The notes under the pieces: generated by a model
What the model saw: the letters and a program-made list of their open reading frames with translations, nothing else
What the model was told of the DNA's origin: nothing
Databases searched by the model: none
NCBI GenBank assembly: GCA_021443335.1
Contig: JABUUE010000001.1
Coordinates: 31,785-95,784 of the forward strand
Direction: 5' to 3'
From: Bacteroidaceae bacterium
GTDB lineage: Bacteria; Bacteroidota; Bacteroidia; Bacteroidales; Bacteroidaceae
Length of the DNA: 64,000 nucleotides
Program-made: the position numbers and the translations under genes
In this document: piece after piece, positions 40,215 to 49,568 of the stretch
How the letters are laid out: each line of letters begins with the position of its first letter
Position numbering within the stretch: the first letter of the stretch is position 1

Positions 40215-43025
40215 TTAATACCCATACTCCTTATTGTAACACAGCGGCTTGTCGATGCCGTGTACTACGACGAATGATGAGGAGACTATTTTGTTGTAGC
40301 TGAATGTATTGTTATTTACATCTTGATATTTGTTTCTCACTTCCTCTGTCGTTACGTCTCTTGCTAAAAGGTTTGGCGCAATGATTGATGGAGTGAATGA
40401 ACGTCCGCTCTTAACCTCATCGTTCACCAAGGTCTTGCCGCCTTCTCTTGACAAGTAGAGAGTTTTGGCAATACCTAAGTCGTTAGTGTAGAAAGTCTGG
40501 TTCTTTTCTGTGCTGATATTAACATCGTCAAAGACCGAGTTATTCTGAATATGATACATTACAAAGTCGTGCATCTGGTCGATACATTCTCTCATATATC
40601 GCTTTGCCTCTTCCTCAGACTCGAAGCCGCAACTCTGCCAGTCAGCCATTATCTTGTCCAGTTCAGACCACTTAGGCAGACCGTGGCGGTAAGCCTCCTG
40701 CATATCTTGTGGAGCAAACAAAGTGTAGTTGTATGTTCCGAGCATAGCCATGACGTTGCCTTCGCCGAAGATGATGTATTTGCTCAGCTTCGACTTTCTT
40801 AGAGCCTCCGAGTCGTCACTGCTCAGAATACCGCAGTAGTAGAGACGCTCCTCTTCGCTAAACTCCTGGCAGAACTGCAGGAAATCAGTGAAACGGCTGT
40901 CTTTGCTCAGAGTGGTGTAAACGCTTCTCACTGTCGGCTGGATAGGGAAATTCAGTCGATAGACAGTTCCATTGGTGATTTTTGCGTCCTTGCTGTCCTG
41001 TCCGAAGAGCTGTGTTACGAGTGATTTCTTCAGACCATTGCTGCCTATCTGTGCCCCACCCATCGCCGTGCTTGAGCCTATAGTTGCGCCAGTCTGGTCT
41101 GGCACATATATTGCGCCGCCGTGCTTTGTCAGGTAATATTTGCTTCCACCAAGTGCGTTCTGACCGTTTAACACCACTGTGTGGTAATTTAACATATCTT
41201 TAATTTGCGTGTTGAAAGCGCCGCACTCTATCACTGCAGGTGAGTAATCAGGGCTTATCGTGAAAGTATTTGTAGCCTCGTCATAGTTATATACCTGCAC
41301 GAGAATGCCGAATGAGCTCTTCGATGTTGGGTCAGATATGAATTTAAGCGCCTTCAGTCCGCTTGCACCGTTTACCGATGCCGGGTCAATGTAGAAAAAT
41401 TCGTCATTGTCAGTAGGTACGAAGAGAGCGTAGCGCGCTTTCATCGACAGCAGGTAGTAGTACATGTCGGCGCCAAGTATTGACTCTACGCCTGGAGTCA
41501 CCTGATGGTCGTTGAGCATTCTGCCCATAATGCGCATATCCTTATAAACTGATGCCGGTCCGAGCACAGAGTTGTAAAGCTCCGGTGCAAAGAATTTGCT
41601 CATCTTGTAAATCACACCATTGTTGGCAATCTGCACATTATACTTGCCATCATATCTCACAATGTCATCCTTACGAACATTGAGGAATTCGAAAGCATCG
41701 TTCTGCACCGTGCTGAACTTGCTTGGCACAGTCTTTGACAGATATGGCTTCATGATATTATTGAGCATGCTCGCTATCACCTTCGGGTCAGAGTTGTAGA
41801 TAGCATCAAGATGCTCGTTCATGTGTTCCTTGTCGTTAAGTACACCAGGCGCACCGAGGTTGGTGACGATGTACGACGCTTGATTTATGAAATAATCTTC
41901 CACAATACTGTCTGTCGGAGCTAGTATTGCAGCTATCTCCGCCTGGTCATCGCTGTTTCCCGTTGTTGTTGGGTTGAAATAGTTCCAGCCCATGTCAAAG
42001 TCCAACAGAGCCTCCTCAATCTTGCCGTTAACCACTCTCTGGTGCAACTTCTTGCGCTGAGAGTTGAGCGAGAGGTAGCGCACTGCATAGACTGAGTCCT
42101 GCGTGCCAAAACCCTGTGAATATTGCTGGTACTGCTGGTTGAAAGTCATGTCCATCGGACGCACTACGGCAAAGTAGTCAAGCATTCGCGAGATGTGTCG
42201 CGTGTCCTTGTTAGCCCTAAGCATCTGTGCCATGTTTCCAGGATTCACCATCACATTTTCCATCTGATGGATATAACCGTTCTGGCAGGTCACATTGCTC
42301 TTCACCACCTTGTGGTTGAAGATGTAGGCGTCACCGTCTTGATACTCCTGTCCCGTCAGTATGGAGAAGTCACTTTCAGGACCCGACACTGTCATTCCGT
42401 TGTTGAGTAAATACTCACCCGTGAAATGCACCATCGGGGCCTCGGTGTTATCATAAAGAGCGTTGATTGATTTCCCGCTATTCTTCCAGTAGGCAAAGCT
42501 CGGATTGTTCTCAGGCATGTCTTGCGCCTTCAGTGGTTCTACCGACTGCAGCAGCGAGATGTTTGTCGGGTGCTTCACGATTCTGCCCTGCGCCATCTCA
42601 CCTGATGAGTTCTGCTGCGTTGAGAGATTGCCCACAAGGATAGCGTTGTCCAACATTGACGAGTAGAGAATCTGAGACTTTTCCGAAACCGTCAGCTGTT
42701 CGTAACTCGATTTGCCGAACTTGTTGTTGCCGTTACGGAAGAATCTCTCAAACGCCTCGTCGTTAGCGGGGAAGATGGTCTTGCTACCCGTCTTGTTAAG
42801 CACCTCAGCATAGCCAAGGTCGTCAATGAGTCGCAGATAGGTGTTGAACGTACCGTCAAGCGACTTCGGGTTCTTCAACTCCTCGTAGATACTCTCGCCA
42901 AGCCACTCTGGCAGTGTTCCCTCAGGCACAAGAAATTCCTTAGAGCAAGAAATAAGGCATAAAATTGCAAGAGTTAAGTACGAAGTACGTAATAGTAAGT
43001 GCGAAGTATTATTAGTTTTTTTCAT
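40215..43025 (-). CDS. Large multi-fasciclin lipoprotein, first gene of the PUL
   Basis: LISC lipobox; KTIFPANDEAF, NGYIHQ, ALFVPTD, YTLFAP, VVHGID. Confidence 0.82.
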   Translation of the reverse strand: MKKTNNTSHLLLRTSYLTLAILCLISCSKEFLVPEGTLPEWLGESIYEELKNPKSLDGTFNTYLRLIDDLGYAEVLNKTGSKTIFPANDEAFERFFRNGNNKFGKSSYEQLTVSEKSQILYSSMLDNAILVGNLSTQQNSSGEMAQGRIVKHPTNISLLQSVEPLKAQDMPENNPSFAYWKNSGKSINALYDNTEAPMVHFTGEYLLNNGMTVSGPESDFSILTGQEYQDGDAYIFNHKVVKSNVTCQNGYIHQMENVMVNPGNMAQMLRANKDTRHISRMLDYFAVVRPMDMTFNQQYQQYSQGFGTQDSVYAVRYLSLNSQRKKLHQRVVNGKIEEALLDFDMGWNYFNPTTTGNSDDQAEIAAILAPTDSIVEDYFINQASYIVTNLGAPGVLNDKEHMNEHLDAIYNSDPKVIASMLNNIMKPYLSKTVPSKFSTVQNDAFEFLNVRKDDIVRYDGKYNVQIANNGVIYKMSKFFAPELYNSVLGPASVYKDMRIMGRMLNDHQVTPGVESILGADMYYYLLSMKARYALFVPTDNDEFFYIDPASVNGASGLKALKFISDPTSKSSFGILVQVYNYDEATNTFTISPDYSPAVIECGAFNTQIKDMLNYHTVVLNGQNALGGSKYYLTKHGGAIYVPDQTGATIGSSTAMGGAQIGSNGLKKSLVTQLFGQDSKDAKITNGTVYRLNFPIQPTVRSVYTTLSKDSRFTDFLQFCQEFSEEERLYYCGILSSDDSEALRKSKLSKYIIFGEGNVMAMLGTYNYTLFAPQDMQEAYRHGLPKWSELDKIMADWQSCGFESEEEAKRYMRECIDQMHDFVMYHIQNNSVFDDVNISTEKNQTFYTNDLGIAKTLYLSREGGKTLVNDEVKSGRSFTPSIIAPNLLARDVTTEEVRNKYQDVNNNTFSYNKIVSSSFVVVHGIDKPLCYNKEYGY

Positions 43026-43066
43026 TGGTCAATGGTCATTAGTCATTACTCATGGCATTCATGCTG

Positions 43067-43074
43067 CAAAATTA
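43067..43074 (-). promoter_or_regulatory. -7 promoter box of the PUL
   Basis: TAATTTTG on the minus strand, about 40 bp upstream of the start. Confidence 0.65.
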
Positions 43075-43169
43075 AAAATAATTAACAATTCACGCAACAA
43101 AAATAAAAAATAAATTCTAAAAATACAAAAAAAAGTTGTGAATGTCATTAATTGGGAAGTTCGTAAGCT

Positions 43170-43263
43170 TGTTTCACCGACACTCATAAGCTGTTTCACC
43201 GACACTCATAAGCTGTTTCGCCGACACTCGTTAGCTGTTTCGCCGATACTCGTTAGCTGTTTC
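43170..43263 (+). repeat. 22-bp tandem repeat x4.3
   Basis: tgtttc(a/g)ccga(c/t)actc(ataa/gtta)gc. Confidence 0.92.
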
Positions 43264-43390
43264 ATGGTAACTTACTTGCTATACGTTAAAAATTTCCCCT
43301 ACCTGTTAGCATTAATCCAAACAATCCTCTAATGAACTATTTTGGATTAAGAAGAAACTTGACAATATATAAAATAATGTGTAGAAAAAC

Positions 43391-43634
43391 GTATGTGCAG
43401 GTGTTAAGTGAATTACAAGTTGACTTACTGATAAAAAATCATTCATTCATTCACTCACTCAATACTTGTGTACGTGTTTTAGAAAATGCTCCTACCTATT
43501 ATCATTAAGGTGTACCTTAATGATATATATTTCATTAATGTGTCGAAAAAAAACATACGCAAGTATTGAGTGAATGAATGAGTGAATGATTTTTAGAAAA
43601 ATCAGTCAACCTGTCAGTCAATACTTGCGCATAC
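43391..43634. repeat. 244-bp nested inverted repeat
   Basis: Outer arms gtatgtgcaggtgtt/aatacttgcgcatac, inner arms of about 45 bp, central tatcattaaggt-gt-accttaatgata hairpin. Confidence 0.85.
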
Positions 43635-43664
43635 CTGGTATGTGTGTGGGGAGGAATGTTTAGC

Positions 43665-44825
43665 TTAATGCCTTTGTCTTCTGACTGTAACTGTTGCGCC
43701 AGAAGATGGTGTTGCCTTTGCCTTGACGGTCTTCTGCTTTGTTGATTTGTCGGCAGTATTGTCGCGGCGGTTCTTCTTCTGTTTCTTTGCTTTCTTGTCT
43801 GCACCCTGAGCCTTGGCAATGGAATCGAGCGAGTCTTTCTTGGCTGGGTCGCCGAAGACGGAAATCTCAAAGGCTTTTATCTCTTTCTCTATGCGGTCTT
43901 GCTCCTTCTTCATGGCAGAGTCGGTCTTGCAGTAGTCGTTGAGCATGCGTCCCTGCATGTTGACGGTCTTGTATATTTTGCCTTTGTACATGTTTTTGGT
44001 GAAGAAGTCGTCGATGCTCATGGTGGCAGCGTTGTTCAGGTTGCTGGTCATGAGTGTCTGCTTGGATAGGAAAGGTGCGAGGTCGTCGTATTTCACCCAG
44101 AAGAGCGGATAGCTCTGCACTGGAGCTTTCATGCTCTCACCACCGAACTCGTCGTCGGAGGTGACAGTCTTCTGTGTCATGATGTTGTCGCTCCACTCCT
44201 CTTCGCGCTCCATGATTGGGCAGAGGGCAAGAACCTTGGTGTGGAAGGTGGCAGACTTCTGATCGTAGTATGCCGATTCCTTGATGTAGTAACGCTTGAC
44301 CTCGGCTGAGGGGATATCGCTGTTGTCAAGGCGTATTCTGCCGTTAGCAGCCTTCTCGTAGAAGATGTGGTAGTCGTTGAGGAAACGGAGGGGCTTGATG
44401 CGCGCCGAGTCGGTGAACACTTCTGTGTTGTCAAGCTTATACTCGTAGCATTTCAATTGTCCCGACAACATGAGCTTGAAAATGTAGGTGAAGAGATTCA
44501 TCTGCGTGCCTTGTGGTGCGACGGGGTAATAGAGTCCGGCGTTGGCGTCGTCCATAAGGTTTATCTCGCGATAGAGGTCGCGACGCCAGATGACGTTCTC
44601 GTCCATAGACATGTCTGACGGGAAAGATATCTTCGCGCGATTGGTCATGTTGTTTGCTGCGGAAGTCTGTTTCTGCTGCTGGTTGCGGCGTGCCTGTGGC
44701 TGTGCCATCACTAATAGTGGAAGTGATACGGCTACGAGAAAGAAGAGACCCCTCAGCCCCCTAAAGGTAGAGGTTAAGTACGAAGTGCGAAGTTGCAAGT
44801 ACAAAGTATTATCAGTTTTTTTCAT
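43665..44825 (-). CDS. gldN: T9SS PorN/GldN
   Basis: VIWRRDLYREI, NAGLYYP, LALCPI, PLFWV; last gene of porPKLMN. Confidence 0.92.
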   Translation of the reverse strand: MKKTDNTLYLQLRTSYLTSTFRGLRGLFFLVAVSLPLLVMAQPQARRNQQQKQTSAANNMTNRAKISFPSDMSMDENVIWRRDLYREINLMDDANAGLYYPVAPQGTQMNLFTYIFKLMLSGQLKCYEYKLDNTEVFTDSARIKPLRFLNDYHIFYEKAANGRIRLDNSDIPSAEVKRYYIKESAYYDQKSATFHTKVLALCPIMEREEEWSDNIMTQKTVTSDDEFGGESMKAPVQSYPLFWVKYDDLAPFLSKQTLMTSNLNNAATMSIDDFFTKNMYKGKIYKTVNMQGRMLNDYCKTDSAMKKEQDRIEKEIKAFEISVFGDPAKKDSLDSIAKAQGADKKAKKQKKNRRDNTADKSTKQKTVKAKATPSSGATVTVRRQRH

Positions 44826-44860
44826 TAGTCATTAGCAATTAGCCGAGGTTTATGGGCTTG

Positions 44861-46177
44861 TTATTTTATTATTACCTCCATAGAGGTTTTCAGGTTGCGG
44901 GTGATTTTGTCGGGTCCTGTGGCGCTCACATGGGTGATGTAGAAGCGTTTGTTGCGCGAGAGCTGGCGTATCATGTCTTTCTGGCGCTGTGAGAAGGCAG
45001 AGCCGTTGGATGCCACTGGCACAGCGTTTCCCATATTGTCGAAGAAAACTGCCTCGAAGCTGTTGACCTGAAACTCGATGTCAAGGAGTCCGTCGTCGAT
45101 GGCTGCCTTGACAACTCCGGCGCTCATCAAGCCTGCCTTTGCCATGCCTCCGCCCTTGAAACGGTCGTCGCCTGTCGGGATGTATGGCGCTGGGTCTGGC
45201 AGTTTGCGCACCTTGAAATCAAAAGTGCCGACGGGCTTTCCTGCGATAGCCACAGCGAAAGATACGGGTGTTCCCACGGCTGCCGGGCGAGCTATGTAAT
45301 GACCGTTGCCTGTGGATGTGAGTGTACCTCCGCTCATGTTAAGCGAGACGCTTGAGAGAGGAACACCAGAGACACTTATGCTCAGAGGGTTGTCGAAACC
45401 GGCATAAAGCACATTCATAAGGTCGGCAGCGAGGGTGGCAAAGTGCGAACCTTCGTTAGGTACTTTTGAGATATTCTTGTTCTCCTTGACGAGTATCTTT
45501 ATCTCCGACTTGCCCTCAGGCTTGAAGTAAGGTTCGTCCTTGTGCTTGTAGCCGGCATAGAGGTTGTGCATGACCTCGCCCTCGGCGTAGCGTATGTCGC
45601 TCTGCAGTTTTGTGAGCAGTGTGATGGCTGCGGCAACTGGCATGCTCTCAAAAGCGTGGTTCATGTCAAGATGTATTGCCTTAGAGATGAATTTCCTCTG
45701 CTTGTTGTCGGTTGCGAGAGACAGCATCAGTTCACGGTAGCTGTTGACCGCTTCGGTGAGCTCTTTTCCTCGCCCTACTCCATCGGCAAGCATGACGTGT
45801 GCCGCTGACTCAAGGTCGTCCTTGGCGATTATGTTGTTGATGTCGCCGTTAGGTCCGTCAGCTTTCTTCACAATGGCAACCTTCAGTTCCTCAGTGAGAT
45901 TGAAGAGGGCGTTGGCGTCGTCCTTAACGCGTGTTGCTTTGTCATACCACACCTTCACTTCTGCAGAGTCTTTTTCCATCAGATCGACAAAGCAGTTGTA
46001 TGTTTCCATATTCTGCTTTGTGGCGTTTTCCGTGGTTCTCTGCAGACTCTCTTGCACCAAAGAGAAACCGTCAAGCACCTCTGTTGACACGTTCAGTGCC
46101 AACATTGCCATGAGGACGACATACATGAGGTTTATCATCTTCTGGCGTGGGGATATGGGTCTTTTCTTTATTGCCAT
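44861..46177 (-). CDS. gldM: T9SS motor PorM/GldM (short form)
   Basis: SPRQKMINLMYVVLMAMLALNVS, MNVLYAG, RKLPDP. Confidence 0.93.
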   Translation of the reverse strand: MAIKKRPISPRQKMINLMYVVLMAMLALNVSTEVLDGFSLVQESLQRTTENATKQNMETYNCFVDLMEKDSAEVKVWYDKATRVKDDANALFNLTEELKVAIVKKADGPNGDINNIIAKDDLESAAHVMLADGVGRGKELTEAVNSYRELMLSLATDNKQRKFISKAIHLDMNHAFESMPVAAAITLLTKLQSDIRYAEGEVMHNLYAGYKHKDEPYFKPEGKSEIKILVKENKNISKVPNEGSHFATLAADLMNVLYAGFDNPLSISVSGVPLSSVSLNMSGGTLTSTGNGHYIARPAAVGTPVSFAVAIAGKPVGTFDFKVRKLPDPAPYIPTGDDRFKGGGMAKAGLMSAGVVKAAIDDGLLDIEFQVNSFEAVFFDNMGNAVPVASNGSAFSQRQKDMIRQLSRNKRFYITHVSATGPDKITRNLKTSMEVIIK

Positions 46178-46180
46178 TCT

Positions 46181-46909
46181 TTAAGCTTTTACCATACCAT
46201 TAGTAGTCATCGCCTCAATCATGCGGGCATAAATCTTGTTGAGTTCCTTGATTTGGTCGGCAAGGTTCTTAGTCTGCTCGTTGATTTCGTCGATGGTGCC
46301 AATCTGCGTTGATGCGCTTTTGAGTTGCATTTCGTAAACTCGAGATATGCCAGTGAGAGTGCGGTTGAGGTTCTCCATTTCCTCAGAGTCGCGTGTGAGT
46401 CGCTGGCTCTGGTCGGAAACCTGCGCGAGAACTTCGGTGAGTTTCTGCAGCTGCTCGATATAGTTGCCTGTGGCTTCTGCCACCTCTGCTCCGAGTGCAG
46501 GAGAGCTTACGACAGTGGCTGTTGCCGCGGCGGCTACTTCTGGTGGAAGTTGCTCCCTGCCAACTTCAACAGGCGCATACTCCGTGATTTGTATGCCGTC
46601 GTTTTCTTGTGGCTGCTCAAACAGCGGCTCTTCCTCATCGGCGTTATAGTGTGTAGGCAGTTCTTTACCATCGGCGGTCTTGTCGAACGGACGGTCGAAG
46701 GCTGAGATGAAGAACACGACAACCTCCGTACCCATACCGATGTAAAGCATGAGGTTAGCACCCTCCAAGTGGGTGAGTTTAAAGAGTGTTCCGAGGATTA
46801 CTACTGACGCTCCCCAGCTGTAGGCGTAATTAAGGAATGTCTGACCAGGAACGCTGTCAAGCCACTTCTGCAAGTGGTAGATTATATTATATTTGCTGTA
46901 TGTTGACAT
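46181..46909 (-). CDS. gldL: T9SS motor PorL/GldL
   Basis: YSWGASVVILGTLFKLTH, GMGTEVVVFFISAF, LNKIYARM. Confidence 0.93.
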   Translation of the reverse strand: MSTYSKYNIIYHLQKWLDSVPGQTFLNYAYSWGASVVILGTLFKLTHLEGANLMLYIGMGTEVVVFFISAFDRPFDKTADGKELPTHYNADEEEPLFEQPQENDGIQITEYAPVEVGREQLPPEVAAAATATVVSSPALGAEVAEATGNYIEQLQKLTEVLAQVSDQSQRLTRDSEEMENLNRTLTGISRVYEMQLKSASTQIGTIDEINEQTKNLADQIKELNKIYARMIEAMTTNGMVKA

Positions 46910-46979
46910 TGAGAAGAATAATTAAATAGAAGAATGAGCAAATAAAAAACAATATTAAATGATTTAATGGCAAATGAGT

Positions 46980-48422
46980 TTATTTCCTCATTTTCTTTGG
47001 ATTAGGCTGGCTTGCAAGGCTTCTCACGCAGCGGAAACCGATGTAACTGCGTGGCTGGTTCTGGTATTCCCATGAGCGCCATGCTGAGCGAATGAAGCTT
47101 TCTGGGTCTTTCCATGAGCCGCCTCTGACGCTCTTTTTCTTCAGTTTGTATGGGTCTTCCTTTGCTGCGTTGTAGCTGAGCTGCGGGTTGAGGTCGTTCA
47201 TGGCTTCCACGCCTGCCTCAGTGTATATGGTGCTTGTCCATTCGGCAACGTTGCCAGCCATGTCAAAGAGTCCGTTGCTGTTGGCTCCGAATATTCCCAC
47301 GCGCGACGTTATGAGGTTGCCGTCTTCGGTATAGTTGCCTCGGTCGTTCTTGAAGTTGGCGTAAAAGCATCCCTTCTCGTTCTTGACGTTATTAGCTTCC
47401 CACGGGAACTCGTTTCCGTCTTTTCCACGCGCCGCATACTCCCATTCAGCCTCGGTAGGAAGTCGGTAACGCTGCACGTATTTTGCCTGTGGCCCAAGTC
47501 CCTTCAGCAGATATTCTGTGCGCCAAGCGCAGAACGCGTTTGCCTGTTCCCAGGTGACACCTACTACAGGATAGTCATTGTACATTGGGTTGGAGAAATA
47601 GAAACGCATGTAAGTCTCGTTGTCCGAGTTGTTGAAATCGTTGACCCAGCAAGTAGTGTCGGGATATATATTAATAATATATGTGTTAAGGAAATCCCAC
47701 GGTCCACTCAACGGACGGTCGATGGTCTGGCGGATAATCTTACCTTCCTCGTTGATGTAAGCTGTGTCTTTGGATATCATCACCACCTCGTTGGGATTGA
47801 CGGTGATGTCTGTGTTAAGGTTTCTCTCCTCGGGGTTCAGACGGTTGCGGCGCAGAGCGGCTGCGGTGTAGTCGTAAACCTCGTATTTGTAGTTCATCTG
47901 ACTGTAGTCCAAGAGTTTTTCGCCAGTGACAGGGTTGGTCACATAAAGGCTCTCGATGGCGCGGAGTTCATCCTCGTTAGGCTTTCTTGGCAGAGACTTC
48001 TTCCAGTTGATGATTGGTGTTATCGGATTGTGTTCCTTGTCCTCGGTAATCATGTACGACTCGTCGCCGCCATAAGCAGGGTCTGCCAGACGGGTGCGAA
48101 GGATGGAGTCGCGCACATAATAAACAAACTGCCTGTACTCTGAGTTTGTTACCTCTGTGTCGTCCATCCAAAAGCCATCGACGGAAATTTCCTTGACGGG
48201 TGTCTGCTTTCCCCATAGTGAGTCTTGCTTTTCAATACCCATCTTAAGAAAGCCTCTTTTGACGAGGGTCATTCCGTAAGGTGTGGGCTCGGTGAAGCCT
48301 CTGCCGCCACCTGTTCCAACAAGTTCTCCTCCACGGCCTCCCACGGAAGCGTTGTGGCTTCCGGCGCATGCTATCATACACGCTGCTGCGGCGCAGAACA
48401 TCAGTGTTTTAAATAAATTCAT
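46980..48422 (-). CDS. gldK: T9SS lipoprotein PorK/GldK
   Basis: Lipobox, MDDTEVTN, YPVVGVTW, RLPTEAEWEYAARG, IGFRCVR. Confidence 0.94.
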   Translation of the reverse strand: MNLFKTLMFCAAAACMIACAGSHNASVGGRGGELVGTGGGRGFTEPTPYGMTLVKRGFLKMGIEKQDSLWGKQTPVKEISVDGFWMDDTEVTNSEYRQFVYYVRDSILRTRLADPAYGGDESYMITEDKEHNPITPIINWKKSLPRKPNEDELRAIESLYVTNPVTGEKLLDYSQMNYKYEVYDYTAAALRRNRLNPEERNLNTDITVNPNEVVMISKDTAYINEEGKIIRQTIDRPLSGPWDFLNTYIINIYPDTTCWVNDFNNSDNETYMRFYFSNPMYNDYPVVGVTWEQANAFCAWRTEYLLKGLGPQAKYVQRYRLPTEAEWEYAARGKDGNEFPWEANNVKNEKGCFYANFKNDRGNYTEDGNLITSRVGIFGANSNGLFDMAGNVAEWTSTIYTEAGVEAMNDLNPQLSYNAAKEDPYKLKKKSVRGGSWKDPESFIRSAWRSWEYQNQPRSYIGFRCVRSLASQPNPKKMRK

Positions 48423-48451
48423 TTATGATTGTGATTTATGATTCAAGTTTC

Positions 48452-49387
48452 TTATAGGAACCTTACGCTTTTATGCAAATTTCGTCCTTTCTTGTGGAGA
48501 TTTATCTCGGTCTGATAACCTACCATAAGCTCATGACTTCCGTTTCCAATCTTTATCTGGCGGGTGTAGATTTCATAACTATAGCCTATATTGAAGCCTT
48601 TTATCAGTGCTCCGAGATAGATTGTTGCCGACTTGTTGACAGCGTATCCTACGCCAAATGAGAACTTCTTCTCGTTGTGTGTGTAGGCAAGTCGGCACGT
48701 AATGTCTTCCCTGTGGTCCACGCCGTCGGTGCGCACCATGAACGACGGATGTATTGTAATAAACGGATTTCTTAGTTTAATATTGTACCCGCCGGTCAAA
48801 TAATATGTTGCTCCAACCTTTATTTCATTATATTCGCCCAATTCGACGGTGGGTGACGTCAGATGTTGCATAGACGCTCCGATATAAAAAGGTCCACGCT
48901 GGTAGTAGAGTCCGGCGCCAAAGTCTATCTTGTTGCCTTTAACGTCTGACGTTACGAAGGCAGGGTCGCTCGGGTCTTCAATGTCCAGTCCGCTACCGTT
49001 GAACTTCTCCATCAGCAAGGCTAACTGCACGCCGATGCCGAGTTGACCGCCAAAAAGATTTACCTTCGCCGAATAGAGCGCCGACACTCGCTGATGTGTG
49101 AACAGACCTATCTGGTCGTTGACAAACTGCAAACCTACTCCATGATACATCTTCAGCGCGTAGAGTGGCATGTCTGCCGACACATACAGCGTTTTCGGAT
49201 TGTTGGTGAAGCCGGCAAAGTCCATCGCGTAGGCGGCGCAGGCATTGAGCTTGGTGTCTTTTCCCACGGATGCAGGATTGAATGACGGCTGCATGTCATA
49301 ATAGTGGGCAAACGACACATCGTACTGTGCTTTTACAGACAATACCGACATCATTGTTAGCAATATGACAATGGCTTTTTTTTGCAT
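48452..49387 (-). CDS. porP: T9SS PorP/SprF family membrane protein
   Basis: FNPASVG, IGYSYE, GSHEL, HKSVRFL; start placed at MQKKAIV. Confidence 0.9.
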   Translation of the reverse strand: MQKKAIVILLTMMSVLSVKAQYDVSFAHYYDMQPSFNPASVGKDTKLNACAAYAMDFAGFTNNPKTLYVSADMPLYALKMYHGVGLQFVNDQIGLFTHQRVSALYSAKVNLFGGQLGIGVQLALLMEKFNGSGLDIEDPSDPAFVTSDVKGNKIDFGAGLYYQRGPFYIGASMQHLTSPTVELGEYNEIKVGATYYLTGGYNIKLRNPFITIHPSFMVRTDGVDHREDITCRLAYTHNEKKFSFGVGYAVNKSATIYLGALIKGFNIGYSYEIYTRQIKIGNGSHELMVGYQTEINLHKKGRNLHKSVRFL

Positions 49388-49509
49388 AAATCCACAAATT
49401 AATAACGCAAACAAGAGAAAAATATTACAAATGAACATGTTTTCATAAAAAAAATGTGCTTTTTTGTAAAAAAAAGTCATTCTGACTCTATATCTTTTGC
49501 GAAAAATTA

Positions 49510-49517
49510 TATCTTTG
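49510..49517 (+). promoter_or_regulatory. -7 promoter box of kduI-kduD
   Basis: TATCTTTG about 50 bp upstream of kduI. Confidence 0.65.
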
Positions 49518-49568
49518 CAGTCCAAAAGGAAAATATCTCGCCACAGGTGAGTTTTTAAATATCATGAC

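Noticed and set aside
43170-43263. Possible CRISPR array (also 20915 and 50401)
   Set aside because: Units are directly abutting with no unique spacers, and there are no cas genes.
43138-43870. Small ORFs 43138-43332 and 43535-43870
   Set aside because: Made of repeat sequence or overlapping gldN in another frame.
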